Notes: generated from the letters alone by a model not told the origin. 64,000 nt of DNA from an uncultured Candidatus Saccharibacteria bacterium (GCA_964447415.1 CAYUSN010000003.1:5418-69417); one strand, 5' to 3'. Numbered from the stretch's first letter, positions 26,653-36,285 are shown. Made by a program: numbers and translations.

Positions 26653-26694
26653 ATAAAAAACTTGATTAGTAACTTTTTTATTGTAGCACCAAAT

Positions 26695-26722
26695 AAAAAA
26701 TCCTCCTTGGGGAGGATTTTTT
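26695..26722 (-). terminator. Rho-independent terminator after rplU
   Basis: AAAAAATCCTCC-ttgg-GGAGGATTTTTT overlapping the rplU stop. Confidence 0.65.
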
Positions 26723-27029
26723 ATACTTTCTTGATGGTTGCTTTCGTGTACGGCTGGCGGTGTCCTCGTTTCTTGTGGTAGCGGCTTTTTTGGAGGTACT
26801 TCACGACAAGCACTTTCTTTCCCTTTCCTTGTTCGTTGACCTCAGCATCGATCTTTTCACCCGCAATGTATGGTGCACCGACAACGGTCTTGGAACCGTC
26901 ATCAGTAAGGATAACTTTGTCGAATACGACCTTATCGCCTGATTTTGCTTCAAGCTTCTCGGTAACTATTGACTTGTCGTCGGAAACAAGGTATTGCTTG
27001 CCCCCGCTCTCAATGACTGCAAATTTCAT
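26721..27029 (-). CDS. rplU: 50S ribosomal protein L21
   Basis: MKFAVIESGGKQYLVSDD matches the L21 N-terminus; it is not adjacent to rpmA here. Confidence 0.88.
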   Translation of the reverse strand: MKFAVIESGGKQYLVSDDKSIVTEKLEAKSGDKVVFDKVILTDDGSKTVVGAPYIAGEKIDAEVNEQGKGKKVLVVKYLQKSRYHKKRGHRQPYTKATIKKV

Positions 27030-27105
27030 AGAGGCATACTATATCAAACCACCCCTTAAAAAACAAGCAAAATACGCTATACTGGCCTCGTTTAAGCTGA
27101 TATTC

Positions 27106-27178
27106 GGGCCGTTAGCTCATCTGGTAGAGCGCATCCATGGCATGGATGAGGTGACCGGTTCAAGTCCGGTACGGTCCA
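27106..27178 (+). tRNA. tRNA-Ala (anticodon GGC)
   Basis: Cloverleaf folded by hand: acceptor GGGCCGT/ACGGTCC with a G3:U70 pair, anticodon loop AT-GGC-AT, T-loop TTCAAGT, A73; no encoded CCA. Confidence 0.85.
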
Positions 27179-27337
27179 CACTGCCCCTGTATGGGCTACC
27201 ATACGAGAGGTCAGTCGGACCACATGGATGCTGGAGCTCCCGTGTCCTCGGAGTCGAGAAAAAATAAAAACAAGCTTTTCTTTTTTCTCTTTCCTCGAAC
27301 ACTTCGCTCTGGCGCACCCGCGTGTCATCCCCTTTCC

Positions 27338-27409
27338 GCTCTCGTCGTTCAACGGATAGGACTCACGCTTCCGAAGCGTGTAATAGAGGTTCGATTCCTC
27401 TCGAGAGCA
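27338..27409 (+). tRNA. tRNA-Arg (anticodon CCG)
   Basis: Acceptor GCTCTCG/CGAGAGC, anticodon loop TT-CCG-AA, T-loop TTCGATT, A73. It ends 1 nt before the murI ATG. Confidence 0.8.
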
Positions 27410-27410
27410 C

Positions 27411-28232
27411 ATGATAAGAACAAAAAAGGTCGGGGTGTTTGATTCCGGGTTCGGCGGTATTGATATTCTGCGCGGCATCACCCGGGAGCTTCCCGAATAC
27501 GACTACCTCTACCTCGGTGACACCGCCCGTGTACCCTACGGTTCCCGCTCCAAAGAGGTGGTGTACGAATTTTCAAAACAGGCGGTGGATTTTCTCTTCT
27601 CACACGGCGCCGAACTCATTATTTTTGCCTGCAACACCGCATCCTCAGACGCACTCAGACGCATTCAACGCGAACATGTGCCCGCACACCATCACGGCAA
27701 AAAAGTGCTCGGTGTGCTGATCCCCGCCGCCGAAGCGGCCGTTGAAAAAACAAAAAGCGGTCGCATCGGTGTCATCGCCACCGAAGGCACGGTGCACTCA
27801 GGTGCGTTCCCACGTGAGCTTCGCAAGCTTTCTCCCAAGCTCACCATTTTCCAACAGGCCTGTCCCCTGCTCGTCCCGATTGTAGAAGAAGGAGAAGAAC
27901 ACTCTCCTGCAACCAAACTTATCATTGAGCGCTATCTTTCGCCCCTGCGCACCAAAAAAATTGACACGCTCATTTTGGGATGTACGCACTACGGCATTCT
28001 GCAGCCACAGATTAAAAAGGCGTTTGGAAAAAACATTACTATTATTGCAGAGTCGCGCGTCGTGCCGAAAAAACTGAAAAACTATCTTGCGCGGCATCCG
28101 GAAATCGAACGGGCACTCACCAAAAAAGGTTCTGTACAATTCTTCTCCACCGATCTCACCGAGCGGTTTCTGCGCCTCGGCAGCCGCTTCTTCGGCAAAA
28201 AAATAAAGGTAAAAAAAGCACTTCTCACCTAG
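27411..28232 (+). CDS. murI: Glutamate racemase
   Basis: VGVFDSGFGG, IIFACNTASS and LILGCTHYGIL motifs. Confidence 0.88.
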   Translation: MIRTKKVGVFDSGFGGIDILRGITRELPEYDYLYLGDTARVPYGSRSKEVVYEFSKQAVDFLFSHGAELIIFACNTASSDALRRIQREHVPAHHHGKKVLGVLIPAAEAAVEKTKSGRIGVIATEGTVHSGAFPRELRKLSPKLTIFQQACPLLVPIVEEGEEHSPATKLIIERYLSPLRTKKIDTLILGCTHYGILQPQIKKAFGKNITIIAESRVVPKKLKNYLARHPEIERALTKKGSVQFFSTDLTERFLRLGSRFFGKKIKVKKALLT

Positions 28233-28270
28233 TGGTATACTAGTCGCATATCCGCTAATTCATTCTTACC

Positions 28271-28582
28271 ATGGACACAACAACACAGGCATTGAACAAA
28301 CTTGAACAGACAATGAAGGAGGAAGTGCGTTCGCTCGAAAAAAAACAGGAAAAGCTCAAAGAGTTGCGGCGTGAGGCGGAAAGCAAAAAAAGAGCGTACG
28401 AAAACGCCCAGGCATCGGCGGATGAAAAACAAAAAGAAGCGAACAAGGTGAAAGAGAAACTTGGAGAAGCAGAAGCCGTTGTCGCTTCCCTCGAATCAGA
28501 GATCACAAATCTTGAAAAACAGCGGGAGGAAAACGAAAAAAAACTCAAGGAGCTGCAGGAAACTATCGAGGGCGGGAAGTAA
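28271..28582 (+). CDS. Hypothetical coiled-coil protein (103 aa)
   Basis: E/K/Q-rich heptad-like sequence throughout. Confidence 0.45.
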   Translation: MDTTTQALNKLEQTMKEEVRSLEKKQEKLKELRREAESKKRAYENAQASADEKQKEANKVKEKLGEAEAVVASLESEITNLEKQREENEKKLKELQETIEGGK

Positions 28583-28606
28583 TTCCTCCTTGGTTCACCG
28601 ATAGTG

Positions 28607-28677
28607 TGGACCTACCGGGAGTCGAACCCGGGATTCGGCAATGCGAATGCCGCGTAATACCACTTTACGATAGGCCC
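28607..28677 (-). tRNA. tRNA-Ala (anticodon CGC)
   Basis: On the minus strand: acceptor GGGCCTA/TAGGTCC with G3:U70, anticodon loop TT-CGC-AT, T-loop TTCGACT, A73. Its 5' end overlaps the last 13 nt of nadK. Confidence 0.8.
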
Positions 28678-29369
28678 TTTTCGTCCTTTACCCTGAGTAT
28701 TTTAGCAGTATTTTTTGATTTTTGAATGGTCACCGCGTCGCCTTCGGAGAGCGTAAAAAACGCCTCCTGGTTGTCGGCGTAACAAAACGCCGGTCCTCGG
28801 GTAATGATAAACGAAAGTGTTGCGTGTTCTGAGACAACGATGTGGTCGGTCTGTTCGGTGCTGTTATTAAACGCCAGTCCGATGCCCGATTCAAAAATAC
28901 TGTCGGTGACGGAACGGTAGTATCCCGTTGCACCCAGAGAGGTCGCGCACACCACACCGTCTCCGATTACTTCTTCGTGAATCTTCCGTCCGTCAATTGA
29001 GACGCTGTAGCGGATGGCATGGCGGGGGTCAGCGTTGTGAATAATGGCATCGTTGAGCGCCTCGGCGGTTCCCGACGGTGTCTCGATGCGCAATTTCAGG
29101 AGTTCTTTGATGTCGTATGCACCGCCGAAAAAAGATTTCAGCACGTATTCGTTTGAGTGTTCGTGCGCAAGTTTTGCAACCTTGCTGTTTCGGAGAAAAA
29201 GTTTCGGTACGCCGGGGCGTTGGTGCTCGGCACGCATGAGTGTTCCGTCGCCGCCGAAGGCGATGACACATTCGGGGTGTTCTGTGACGACGGAAAACTC
29301 CTCCGCAAACGGCGCGAGGAGTTTTTCGAGTTTTTCATTATCCGTACTGACAAGCGAAATCTTCTTCAT
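28665..29369 (-). CDS. nadK: NAD kinase (short, 234 aa)
   Basis: GGDGT motif (AFGGDGTLMRAEH). The track ORF 5' extension reads through tRNA genes and is rejected. Confidence 0.75.
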   Translation of the reverse strand: MKKISLVSTDNEKLEKLLAPFAEEFSVVTEHPECVIAFGGDGTLMRAEHQRPGVPKLFLRNSKVAKLAHEHSNEYVLKSFFGGAYDIKELLKLRIETPSGTAEALNDAIIHNADPRHAIRYSVSIDGRKIHEEVIGDGVVCATSLGATGYYRSVTDSIFESGIGLAFNNSTEQTDHIVVSEHATLSFIITRGPAFCYADNQEAFFTLSEGDAVTIQKSKNTAKILRVKDEKGLS

Positions 29370-29371
29370 TG

Positions 29372-29442
29372 TCGGGCTGCTGGGAATCGAACCCAGTCTA
29401 CACGCACCCGAAGCGTGCGTACTACCGGTATACGACAGCCCG
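29372..29442 (-). tRNA. tRNA-Pro (anticodon CGG)
   Basis: C1:G72 acceptor pair (CGGGCTG/CAGCCCG), anticodon loop TT-CGG-GT, T-loop TTCGATT, A73. Its 3' end lies 2 nt before the nadK ATG. Confidence 0.8.
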
Positions 29443-29443
29443 G

Positions 29444-29516
29444 TGGACCCGACCGGATTCGAACCGGTGACCTCCTCATTGCAAATGAGGCGCTCTACCA
29501 ACTAAGCTACGGGCCC
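29444..29516 (-). tRNA. tRNA-Ala (anticodon UGC)
   Basis: Acceptor GGGCCCG/CGGGTCC with G3:U70, anticodon loop TT-TGC-AA, T-loop TTCGAAT, A73; 1 nt from tRNA-Pro. Confidence 0.8.
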
Positions 29517-29586
29517 GTAGCGGAAATTAGGATACCATACAATCCTTTAAAAGAAAGGCTTTTTATGGCAGTATAGTTCTGTCTTC

Positions 29587-29660
29587 GGGCGATTAGCTCA
29601 GTTGGTTAGAGCGTTCGCTTCACACGCGAAAGGTCACAGGTTCGAATCCTGTATCGCCCA
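29587..29660 (+). tRNA. tRNA-Val (anticodon CAC)
   Basis: Acceptor GGGCGAT/ATCGCCC, D-arm GCTCAGTTGGTTAGAGC, anticodon loop TT-CAC-AC, T-loop TTCGAAT, A73. Confidence 0.85.
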
Positions 29661-29776
29661 CAGTAAATGCGTAGCATTTACGCGTGGATTCGAAAGTCGG
29701 AGCGCGACGGCGCGAGACGAGGTCGCGAAGATTTTCAACAGAAAATCATTCGTGACCGAATCCTGTATCGCCCACA
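29643..29776 (+). repeat. 20-bp direct repeat (CGAATCCTGTATCGCCCACA) duplicating the tRNA-Val 3' end and flanking a 94-bp insert
   Basis: Copy 1 at 29643-29662 (inside the tRNA) and copy 2 at 29757-29776, just before the PAP2 ATG. The insert begins with a perfect hairpin GTAAATGC-gta-GCATTTAC and is GC-rich. Confidence 0.7.
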
Positions 29777-29777
29777 C

Positions 29778-30308
29778 ATGAACACTGAACTTCTCTTTAT
29801 ACTCAACGGTATTCTCGGCAACTCCGCTCTGCTCGACGGGGTCGTGCTTTTTTTCGCTAAATACTACATCTACGCCATTGCACTCATTGCGGCAGTTACG
29901 TGGTACCGAGACATCTGGAAAGAATCGCTGTCTGAGTTCTGGCAGGACACAAAGGCGCTCATTGCGGCTGTTGTCGGCGCCGAAGCGCTCACGCTCCTTA
30001 TCCGCTTTTTCTACGACAGCCCCCGCCCGCTGTGGGAGCTTGATATTCCCTACCTGTTTGAAAAAACGTCCAATTCGTTTCCTTCGGGGCATACGATGTT
30101 TGCGTTCTCGCTTGCAACCGCGATGTACTTCTTCGGCAACAAAAAAATCGCCTACATGCTGTACGCGTCAGGATTCTTCATCGGCATCGCGCGCGTCGCA
30201 GCCGGCGTACACTATCCGACCGATATTCTCGGCGGCATTGTTTTAGGAACCGCCGTCGGATATGCGGCGCACTACTTTTTCAATCCGCGGGACAAATCAA
30301 GCACGTGA
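29778..30308 (+). CDS. PAP2-family phosphatase (undecaprenyl-diphosphatase / PgpB-like)
   Basis: PSGH and SRVAAGVHYPTD phosphatase motifs with multiple TM helices. Start taken at MNTELLF; the upstream track extension runs through the tRNA repeat. Confidence 0.75.
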   Translation: MNTELLFILNGILGNSALLDGVVLFFAKYYIYAIALIAAVTWYRDIWKESLSEFWQDTKALIAAVVGAEALTLLIRFFYDSPRPLWELDIPYLFEKTSNSFPSGHTMFAFSLATAMYFFGNKKIAYMLYASGFFIGIARVAAGVHYPTDILGGIVLGTAVGYAAHYFFNPRDKSST

Positions 30309-31174
30309 TCCAAAAAGTGCGGGAGCGGAATGCCGACTGCATCAAGTGAGTGCCGCAGCGGGGCGCCGTCGTGCAATACGGGCGCCGTTTTTGTTTCTAT
30401 GAGATAGATGCCGCGCGGTGATACCACAAGCTCAGACAGCGAATAGTGGCGTGCGCCCAGGCTTCGGTGTGCGCGCCGTGCCGTGTTCCATATTTCTTCA
30501 CGTTCCGCACCTGACAGCCGCGCGACAGAACCTGATTCCTGAACCGGTGATGTGGCATACACGTCTTCCCCGCGCATTCCCTCAACAGTCAGCACAAACA
30601 CAATTGTTCCTGGCACGTGCGCCTCAATAAAAACAACCGGGTGGTCCGCTGAGTACTTTTCAACGGCACGCTCCAGTGCATCATAAGAGCCGACGTGTTC
30701 TTTCGGCGACGTCGTCCACACCGAACCGACGTTTACCGGTTGCGGAAATGTGCGAAACAGTTCAAAAACATGTTCCCGCTTGTGTGTGCGCGCGTCAAAG
30801 TGCGTTGACAGCGGCATGCGGATGCCGTGTTCAACAAGACGTTTTCTGCCGTGCAGACGATGTGCGGAAACCGCGGACGCCAAGGGTTCCGAGCCGGTGT
30901 ACGGGATGCCAAGATTTTCAAGTGTGTGCTGGATGTCTCCCGCGGCGTGTTCTCCAAGGAGCGCATTCCATGCAACATCTATGTGCTTGAGCGCACGGTC
31001 AGGCGTAAGCGGATACCCGCCCACATGCCATTCTCCGCCTCGGTCTATAAAAATATCGATGGGATCGTACTTTTCGCGCGGCAGTGCCGAGAGTACCGTT
31101 TTTCCCGTTGTAAGCGACGCATCATACCCGCTCCCTACTCCCCCGCGCAGCACGCCGACTCGAGTTTTTTGCAT
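30272..31174 (-). CDS. ddl: D-alanine--D-alanine ligase
   Basis: N-terminal VGVLRGGVGSGYDASLTTGKTVLSAL and ATP-grasp body. Confidence 0.8.
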   Translation of the reverse strand: MQKTRVGVLRGGVGSGYDASLTTGKTVLSALPREKYDPIDIFIDRGGEWHVGGYPLTPDRALKHIDVAWNALLGEHAAGDIQHTLENLGIPYTGSEPLASAVSAHRLHGRKRLVEHGIRMPLSTHFDARTHKREHVFELFRTFPQPVNVGSVWTTSPKEHVGSYDALERAVEKYSADHPVVFIEAHVPGTIVFVLTVEGMRGEDVYATSPVQESGSVARLSGAEREEIWNTARRAHRSLGARHYSLSELVVSPRGIYLIETKTAPVLHDGAPLRHSLDAVGIPLPHFLDHVLDLSRGLKK

Positions 31175-31191
31175 GGATTCAGTATAGCAAA

Positions 31192-32397
31192 TCAGAATCG
31201 TGAGCGTTTTGCGCGGTGTTTGGAAAGCGAAAAACGGTGTGCTTCGGCATTTGCAAGCAGTATGGCGACTTCGTTCCCCGTTATGTGTTCCCTGCTCCCC
31301 AAAATTCTCTCCGGTCGGTGCCGTTCATTCTTGGTAACCGCAACAACGGGAATCTGATAGCCGAATTCTGTAAGCACTTTCTCAGCGGTGTTTTTCTGCG
31401 CTACGCCGCCATCCACCACAATGAGTCTCGGCAACGGCCATTCAAGATGGCCGAGACGCCGTTCAAGAATTTCCCGCAGCGCCGCCGTATCCCCTACCCC
31501 CGCACTTTTGATATTGAAGGTGCGGTATTCTTTTCGATTTGCCTCCCCATTTTCCACGACCGCCATTACGCCCACACGGTTTGTCTCTCCGATGTGCGCC
31601 ACATCATATGCCTCTATTCTGTTTTCGGATTTCGGGTTTCGAGTTTCGGATTTTAACAACGCGACATCGTTGATGTGTTTGAGCGCAAACAGTTCGCGTT
31701 TGAGCTCGGCGGCGCGCTCAAATTTTTTTTCTTTTACCGTTATTTTCATGTCGCGCTCAAGCGCACGCAACAGTTCTTTTTTCTTACCTTCAAAAAACAA
31801 AGTCACGTGCCACACCGTGCGGGCATATTCTTTTTTTCCGATAACTGAAACATCCGGTGCAAGTCCGATTTCCTGATAGAGACGCGATTTCCGTTTTTCA
31901 TCCGTAAGCGGCGCGTCGTTTTTACCGCGAAACGGGAAAATCCTGCGCACGAGCTTGAGCGCTTCCTGCAACTGTCCTCCTTGTGTAAACGGGCCGAATA
32001 TTTTTTTGTAGTGGGCGATGCCACCCGTTGCAAGCTCGCGCTGTCGCACGGTAAATACTCTCGGATAGTCCTCGTTCGTCACAACCACATAATTAAAACT
32101 CTTGTCATCCTTTTCAATCGCGTTGTAGTGCGGCTGATGCTTTTTGATAAGCGCCGCTTCAAGAATAAGCGCCTCGAGCACCGAGTCGGTTTGCTGATAC
32201 GAGACACCTGTTGCTTCGGTAAGCATTTTGACAATACGCGGTCCTCTGGTATCGCCGATATCGGATGAAAAATAGCTGCGCACACGGTCGCGGAGCGATG
32301 TGGCTTTGCCGATATACAAAATCCGCGCCCTCTTCTTGAAAAAATAGACGCCGGGAGCATCCGGAAGCCGTTTTATTTTGGCGACAGACACAGTCAT
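31192..32397 (-). CDS. uvrC: Excinuclease ABC subunit C, short form (GIY-YIG, UVR and RNase H-like endonuclease domains, no C-terminal HhH)
   Basis: GVYFFKKRARILYIGKATSLRDRVRSYF (GIY-YIG); ERAAELKRELFALKHI (UVR); C-terminal IEAYDVAHIGETNRVGVMAVVENG endonuclease region. Confidence 0.75.
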   Translation of the reverse strand: MTVSVAKIKRLPDAPGVYFFKKRARILYIGKATSLRDRVRSYFSSDIGDTRGPRIVKMLTEATGVSYQQTDSVLEALILEAALIKKHQPHYNAIEKDDKSFNYVVVTNEDYPRVFTVRQRELATGGIAHYKKIFGPFTQGGQLQEALKLVRRIFPFRGKNDAPLTDEKRKSRLYQEIGLAPDVSVIGKKEYARTVWHVTLFFEGKKKELLRALERDMKITVKEKKFERAAELKRELFALKHINDVALLKSETRNPKSENRIEAYDVAHIGETNRVGVMAVVENGEANRKEYRTFNIKSAGVGDTAALREILERRLGHLEWPLPRLIVVDGGVAQKNTAEKVLTEFGYQIPVVAVTKNERHRPERILGSREHITGNEVAILLANAEAHRFSLSKHRAKRSRF

Positions 32398-32439
32398 GCG
32401 GCTATGGTATCATGCGCCCCAGAGAACGGAGGAATCCTT

Positions 32440-32622
32440 ATGGAAAGACGTTGCCGTACGTGCGGTTTGCCGATTACCAATACGGCATATATCCTCGAAC
32501 GGAATTCGGTCTGGCACATTGCGTGCTATGAACATGAAGAGGAGCGCTGGGTTCATTTCAGGCCCGCGACAGAAGACCGGTATGTCGGAAGACCTTTTCC
32601 GAAGGATGAGGAGGATGATTAG
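32440..32622 (+). CDS. Small Cys/His-containing protein (60 aa), possible zinc finger
   Basis: CRTCGLPI...WHIACYEHEE; SD GGAGG 7 nt before the ATG at 32440. Confidence 0.35.
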   Translation: MERRCRTCGLPITNTAYILERNSVWHIACYEHEEERWVHFRPATEDRYVGRPFPKDEEDD

Positions 32623-32654
32623 TGCCCGCCGGCGTATCGTTGGCGGGCACCCTG

Positions 32655-33629
32655 TTATCTTTTGCCTGCAAGCTCCGTTTCAATCTTTTTCTTCTCATCC
32701 AGTTTTTTACGCAAGTCTGTGTCTATCCGTTTGAGGCGCTGTGCACGGTCTTCGGCCTTAAACTGCGATACGCGAGCTGTGTGCTGTGCGGTGACCGCCT
32801 CTCGAGATTCTTTCTGCGTCGCGGCTGCCGCCTTCTGCTCTTCCTGTGTAAACAACATCAGTTTTGCTTCTATTGCTTTCTCTTCCTGTTTTGTTTTCAA
32901 AAGTTTTTCCTTTGTTTCCTCCGCGTCGTGCCTTTGCTGTGCGTCCGTTTGCGCATACTGAGAACGCTCGGAGGCACCTAACATCTCCTCTGTCGCTATC
33001 ATCTGCTCTTCACGTGCCGTTGTTTGTTCTTCTACCTGTGCGCGTTTTAGCTCCGCTTCCACGCGTACAATGTCGCGGCGCAAATCCTCCAGTTTCTTTG
33101 CCAAATCCTGTACCTGTTTTTTTGCTTTCTCGTGTTTTTGCTCGATTGCTTTTTCTTTATCTGCGGTACGGCGGGCGCCGGCGGTGTGCATCGCGGCTTT
33201 CTGCGATGCGGTGCGTTGTTTTTGTTCAAGCTCACGCGTGTGTGTTGTCAGCAGCTCCTCTTCCCGCTTCAGTTTTGCCAACTCATCCCTAAGTTTTTTT
33301 TCTTCAGCTTCTGAAGTTTGCGCTATCGTTTTGTTTTTCCGCTCGTCGTTTTTTGCACGTTCAATGACGCTTTTTGCCTCATGCGCCTGACGGGTAAAGA
33401 GTTCTTCTTCATGTGCAAGCGTTTGTTTTTCCTGTTCCAGATGATGAATATCCTGCTCAAGTTTCGAGAGCTCCATGCGCAATATCTGCGCCCGCTGGCG
33501 CCACCTTGCTTCTTCGTTGCGCCTCTGCACTTCAAGCGCCTGTTTTGTTTCCGCCTCCGCTTCACGGCGGAGTTTTTCTTTATTTCTCGGATCCGTCGGA
33601 TCGAACGGGTTTATGGGTGAAAGCGTCAT
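32655..33629 (-). CDS. Hypothetical long coiled-coil protein (about 324 aa, E/K/R/Q-rich)
   Basis: Charged heptad-like sequence throughout. Its start overlaps the uvrA 3' end by about 50 nt in another frame, so the start is uncertain. Confidence 0.5.
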   Translation of the reverse strand: MTLSPINPFDPTDPRNKEKLRREAEAETKQALEVQRRNEEARWRQRAQILRMELSKLEQDIHHLEQEKQTLAHEEELFTRQAHEAKSVIERAKNDERKNKTIAQTSEAEEKKLRDELAKLKREEELLTTHTRELEQKQRTASQKAAMHTAGARRTADKEKAIEQKHEKAKKQVQDLAKKLEDLRRDIVRVEAELKRAQVEEQTTAREEQMIATEEMLGASERSQYAQTDAQQRHDAEETKEKLLKTKQEEKAIEAKLMLFTQEEQKAAAATQKESREAVTAQHTARVSQFKAEDRAQRLKRIDTDLRKKLDEKKKIETELAGKR

Positions 33630-36285
33630 AGGTAGTTTTTGTTTTTCGGAGCATTTTACGCACGTAGTGTCCGGTGTGCGTGTCCGTCCCCGCAATCTCT
33701 TCGGGCGTGCCGGTTGCCATAAGCTTGCCGCCGCCCACACCGCCCTCGGGACCGATATCTATAATGTAGTCCGCGTTCTTCACAATGTCGAGGTTGTGTT
33801 CGATGAGCATCACCGTATTACCGCGGTTAACGAGCATCTGCAGAATCTCAATGAGCTTGCGCACATCTTCGTAGTGCAGTCCGATGGTCGGCTCATCAAG
33901 CAGGTAGATGGTTTTCTGCACATGCTGACGGTAGAGCTCCGATGAAATCTTCACTCGCTGTGACTCACCTCCGGAGAGCGTGGTTGCCGATTGTCCGAGC
34001 GTGAGGTACCCGAGACCCACATCAAACAGCGTCTGCAGACGATCGTGGATTGCGGGAATGTCGTTGAAAAATGCGAGCGCCTCTTCCACCGTCATGGAAA
34101 GCACATCGTGAATATTTTTCCCGCGGTATTCAATCTCCAGCGTCTCTTTCATAAACCGCTTGCCGTGACAGACATCACACGTCACGTACACCGTCGGCAA
34201 AAAATGCATCTCCACCGCAATTTCTCCCTTTCCTTCGCATGCCTCACACCGTCCGCCCTTCACGTTGAACGAAAAACGGCTCGCCTTCCACCCACGCGCA
34301 CGCGCCTCAGCGGTCGCCGCAAACATGTCACGAATGTGCGTAAACGCGCCCGTGTACGTTGCGGGGTTGGAACGGGAGGTCCGTCCGATGGGCGACTGAT
34401 CAATTAAAATAGTGCGCGAAACATATTCGGAGCCCGTGAATGACGCACAGTTAAACGTCTGTGCGGAGCGGTACTTGCGCTCGAGGCGCGCCTGCAGATT
34501 TTTGTGGAGAATTTCGTACATAAACGACGACTTCCCCGAACCGGACACGCCGGTCACCACGATGAACTTATTCATCGGAATATCCACGTTGAGATTTTTG
34601 ATGTTGAACGCGTTGCCGCCGCGGATTTTAATGCTCCCCTTGTCCGCCGTGCGGCGCTTTTCCGGCACCGGAATTTCTTTTTCGCCGCGCAGATACGACA
34701 GTGTGAGTGATTTACCTTTCACCGGCGGCTCTTTCGCGGTAAGCAGTTCTTCAAGGTCACCGGCAACGACAATTTTTCCGCCGTGCACGCCCGCACCCGG
34801 ACCGATGTCTACGATGTAGTCGGACGACAGCACGGTATCCTCGTCGTGCTCAACCACAATAATCGTGTTGCCGAGATCACGGAGATTGTGGAGCGTTTTA
34901 ACAAGGCGGTCATTATCGCGCGAGTGCAATCCGATGGTGGGTTCATCCAGCACATACAGCGCACCGACCAGTCCCGAGCCGAGCTGGGATGCAAGCCGTA
35001 TGCGCTGTGCCTCACCGCCGGAGAGCGTATGTGCACGCCGGTCAAGTGTGAGGTACCCGATACCGACATCAAGCATGAATTTGAGCCGGTCGATAATTTC
35101 GCGCACCACCACTTTTGAAATTTCTTTCTCTTTATCGGTCAAATCCAACTCGTTGAAAAAGACATGCGCATTTTCCACGGACAACGCCGCCACTTCCACG
35201 ATATTTTTTCCCTGAATACGCACATGAAGTGCTTCAGTCCGCAAGCGCGCACCGTTGCACGCCGTACACGCTTCGTTGATAAAGAAATCCTGCGTGCCGA
35301 GTCCGTTGCACTCCGGGCATGCGCCGTACGGCGAGTTAAATGAAAAAAGACGCGGTTCGATTTCAGGGTACGAGTACCCGTCGTTCGGACACGAAAACTT
35401 CGAGGACATCAGCGTGCCGATATCATTCGTTCCTTTTTTTGAAAATGCATCTGAGTCGGAAAACACAATGCGCGTGAGACCGTTTGCCTCATGGAGTGAA
35501 CGCTCCAGCGCTTCACGGAGCCGCTCCACCGCGCCGTCGTGCCCGTCAACGAAGTCGGCAACCGTGATGCGATCAATAAGTATGTCAATGTCGTGTTTTT
35601 TATGTTTCTCAAGAATAATCTGTTCACGGAGTTTTTTGTGTGCCCCGTCCACCAACACCTCGCTGTACCCGCGGTTCAAAAAATCATACAGCTGCTGGTA
35701 GTATTCCCCTTTTCGTCCGCGCACAATCGGCGCATACAGCGCAATCGTCGGCGCATCCTTCGCATCTTTCACCGCTTCCTGCAAATCTTTTTGCGCGCGC
35801 GGTTTCATTCCTTTTGTTTTTACACGCACACGTTCGAGGATAAATTCCTGAATCTCTTCGTTGGTGAGGCGCCGAATCGGTTCTCCGCACACCAGACAGT
35901 GCGGCGTGCCGATGCGCGCATAGAGAATACGGAGATAATCGTAGATTTCGGTAATAGTTGCGACCGTTGAGCGCGGATTATTGGAACGTGATTTCTGGTC
36001 AATGGAAATTGCGGGTGAGAGCCCGATAATTTCATCCACATCCGGTTTGGGCATCTGTGAGATGAATTGCCGTGCATATGCAGAGAGCGACTCCACATAC
36101 CGGCGCTGGCCTTCGGCAAAAATAGTGTCAAACGCCAAAGACGACTTTCCCGAACCGGAAAGCCCCGTAAACACCACCATTTTGCCTCTCGGCATCTCCA
36201 CGGTGATGTCCTTCAAGTTATGAGTTCGGGCACCTTTTACAATGATGAAGTCCTCCTCTTTTTTGTTTTTGTCAGACTTGTTCAT
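33580..36285 (-). CDS. uvrA: Excinuclease ABC subunit A
   Basis: Two ABC modules ([14 protein letters not shown]; [10 protein letters not shown]), zinc fingers and LSGGE signatures; start taken at MNKSDKNKK. Confidence 0.92.
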   Translation of the reverse strand: MNKSDKNKKEEDFIIVKGARTHNLKDITVEMPRGKMVVFTGLSGSGKSSLAFDTIFAEGQRRYVESLSAYARQFISQMPKPDVDEIIGLSPAISIDQKSRSNNPRSTVATITEIYDYLRILYARIGTPHCLVCGEPIRRLTNEEIQEFILERVRVKTKGMKPRAQKDLQEAVKDAKDAPTIALYAPIVRGRKGEYYQQLYDFLNRGYSEVLVDGAHKKLREQIILEKHKKHDIDILIDRITVADFVDGHDGAVERLREALERSLHEANGLTRIVFSDSDAFSKKGTNDIGTLMSSKFSCPNDGYSYPEIEPRLFSFNSPYGACPECNGLGTQDFFINEACTACNGARLRTEALHVRIQGKNIVEVAALSVENAHVFFNELDLTDKEKEISKVVVREIIDRLKFMLDVGIGYLTLDRRAHTLSGGEAQRIRLASQLGSGLVGALYVLDEPTIGLHSRDNDRLVKTLHNLRDLGNTIIVVEHDEDTVLSSDYIVDIGPGAGVHGGKIVVAGDLEELLTAKEPPVKGKSLTLSYLRGEKEIPVPEKRRTADKGSIKIRGGNAFNIKNLNVDIPMNKFIVVTGVSGSGKSSFMYEILHKNLQARLERKYRSAQTFNCASFTGSEYVSRTILIDQSPIGRTSRSNPATYTGAFTHIRDMFAATAEARARGWKASRFSFNVKGGRCEACEGKGEIAVEMHFLPTVYVTCDVCHGKRFMKETLEIEYRGKNIHDVLSMTVEEALAFFNDIPAIHDRLQTLFDVGLGYLTLGQSATTLSGGESQRVKISSELYRQHVQKTIYLLDEPTIGLHYEDVRKLIEILQMLVNRGNTVMLIEHNLDIVKNADYIIDIGPEGGVGGGKLMATGTPEEIAGTDTHTGHYVRKMLRKTKTTYDAFTHKPVRSDGSEK

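Noticed and set aside
28665-29501. 278-aa nadK ORF with N-terminal MVERLICNEEVTGSNPVGSTG...
   Set aside because: The first 44 codons are tRNA-Pro and tRNA-Ala read in frame. The true start is MKKISL at 29369.
31620-31660. TTTCGG(A/G) tandem repeats resembling the AATCCGA repeats upstream of uvrA.
   Set aside because: They lie inside uvrC and encode ...KSETRNPKSENRIE... (minus strand). They are coding, not a regulatory array.
33047-33631. A cluster of 60-156 aa ORFs on both strands inside the coiled-coil gene and the uvrA 3' end.
   Set aside because: They are low-complexity frames generated by the GAA/AAG-rich coiled-coil coding sequence. No independent support.
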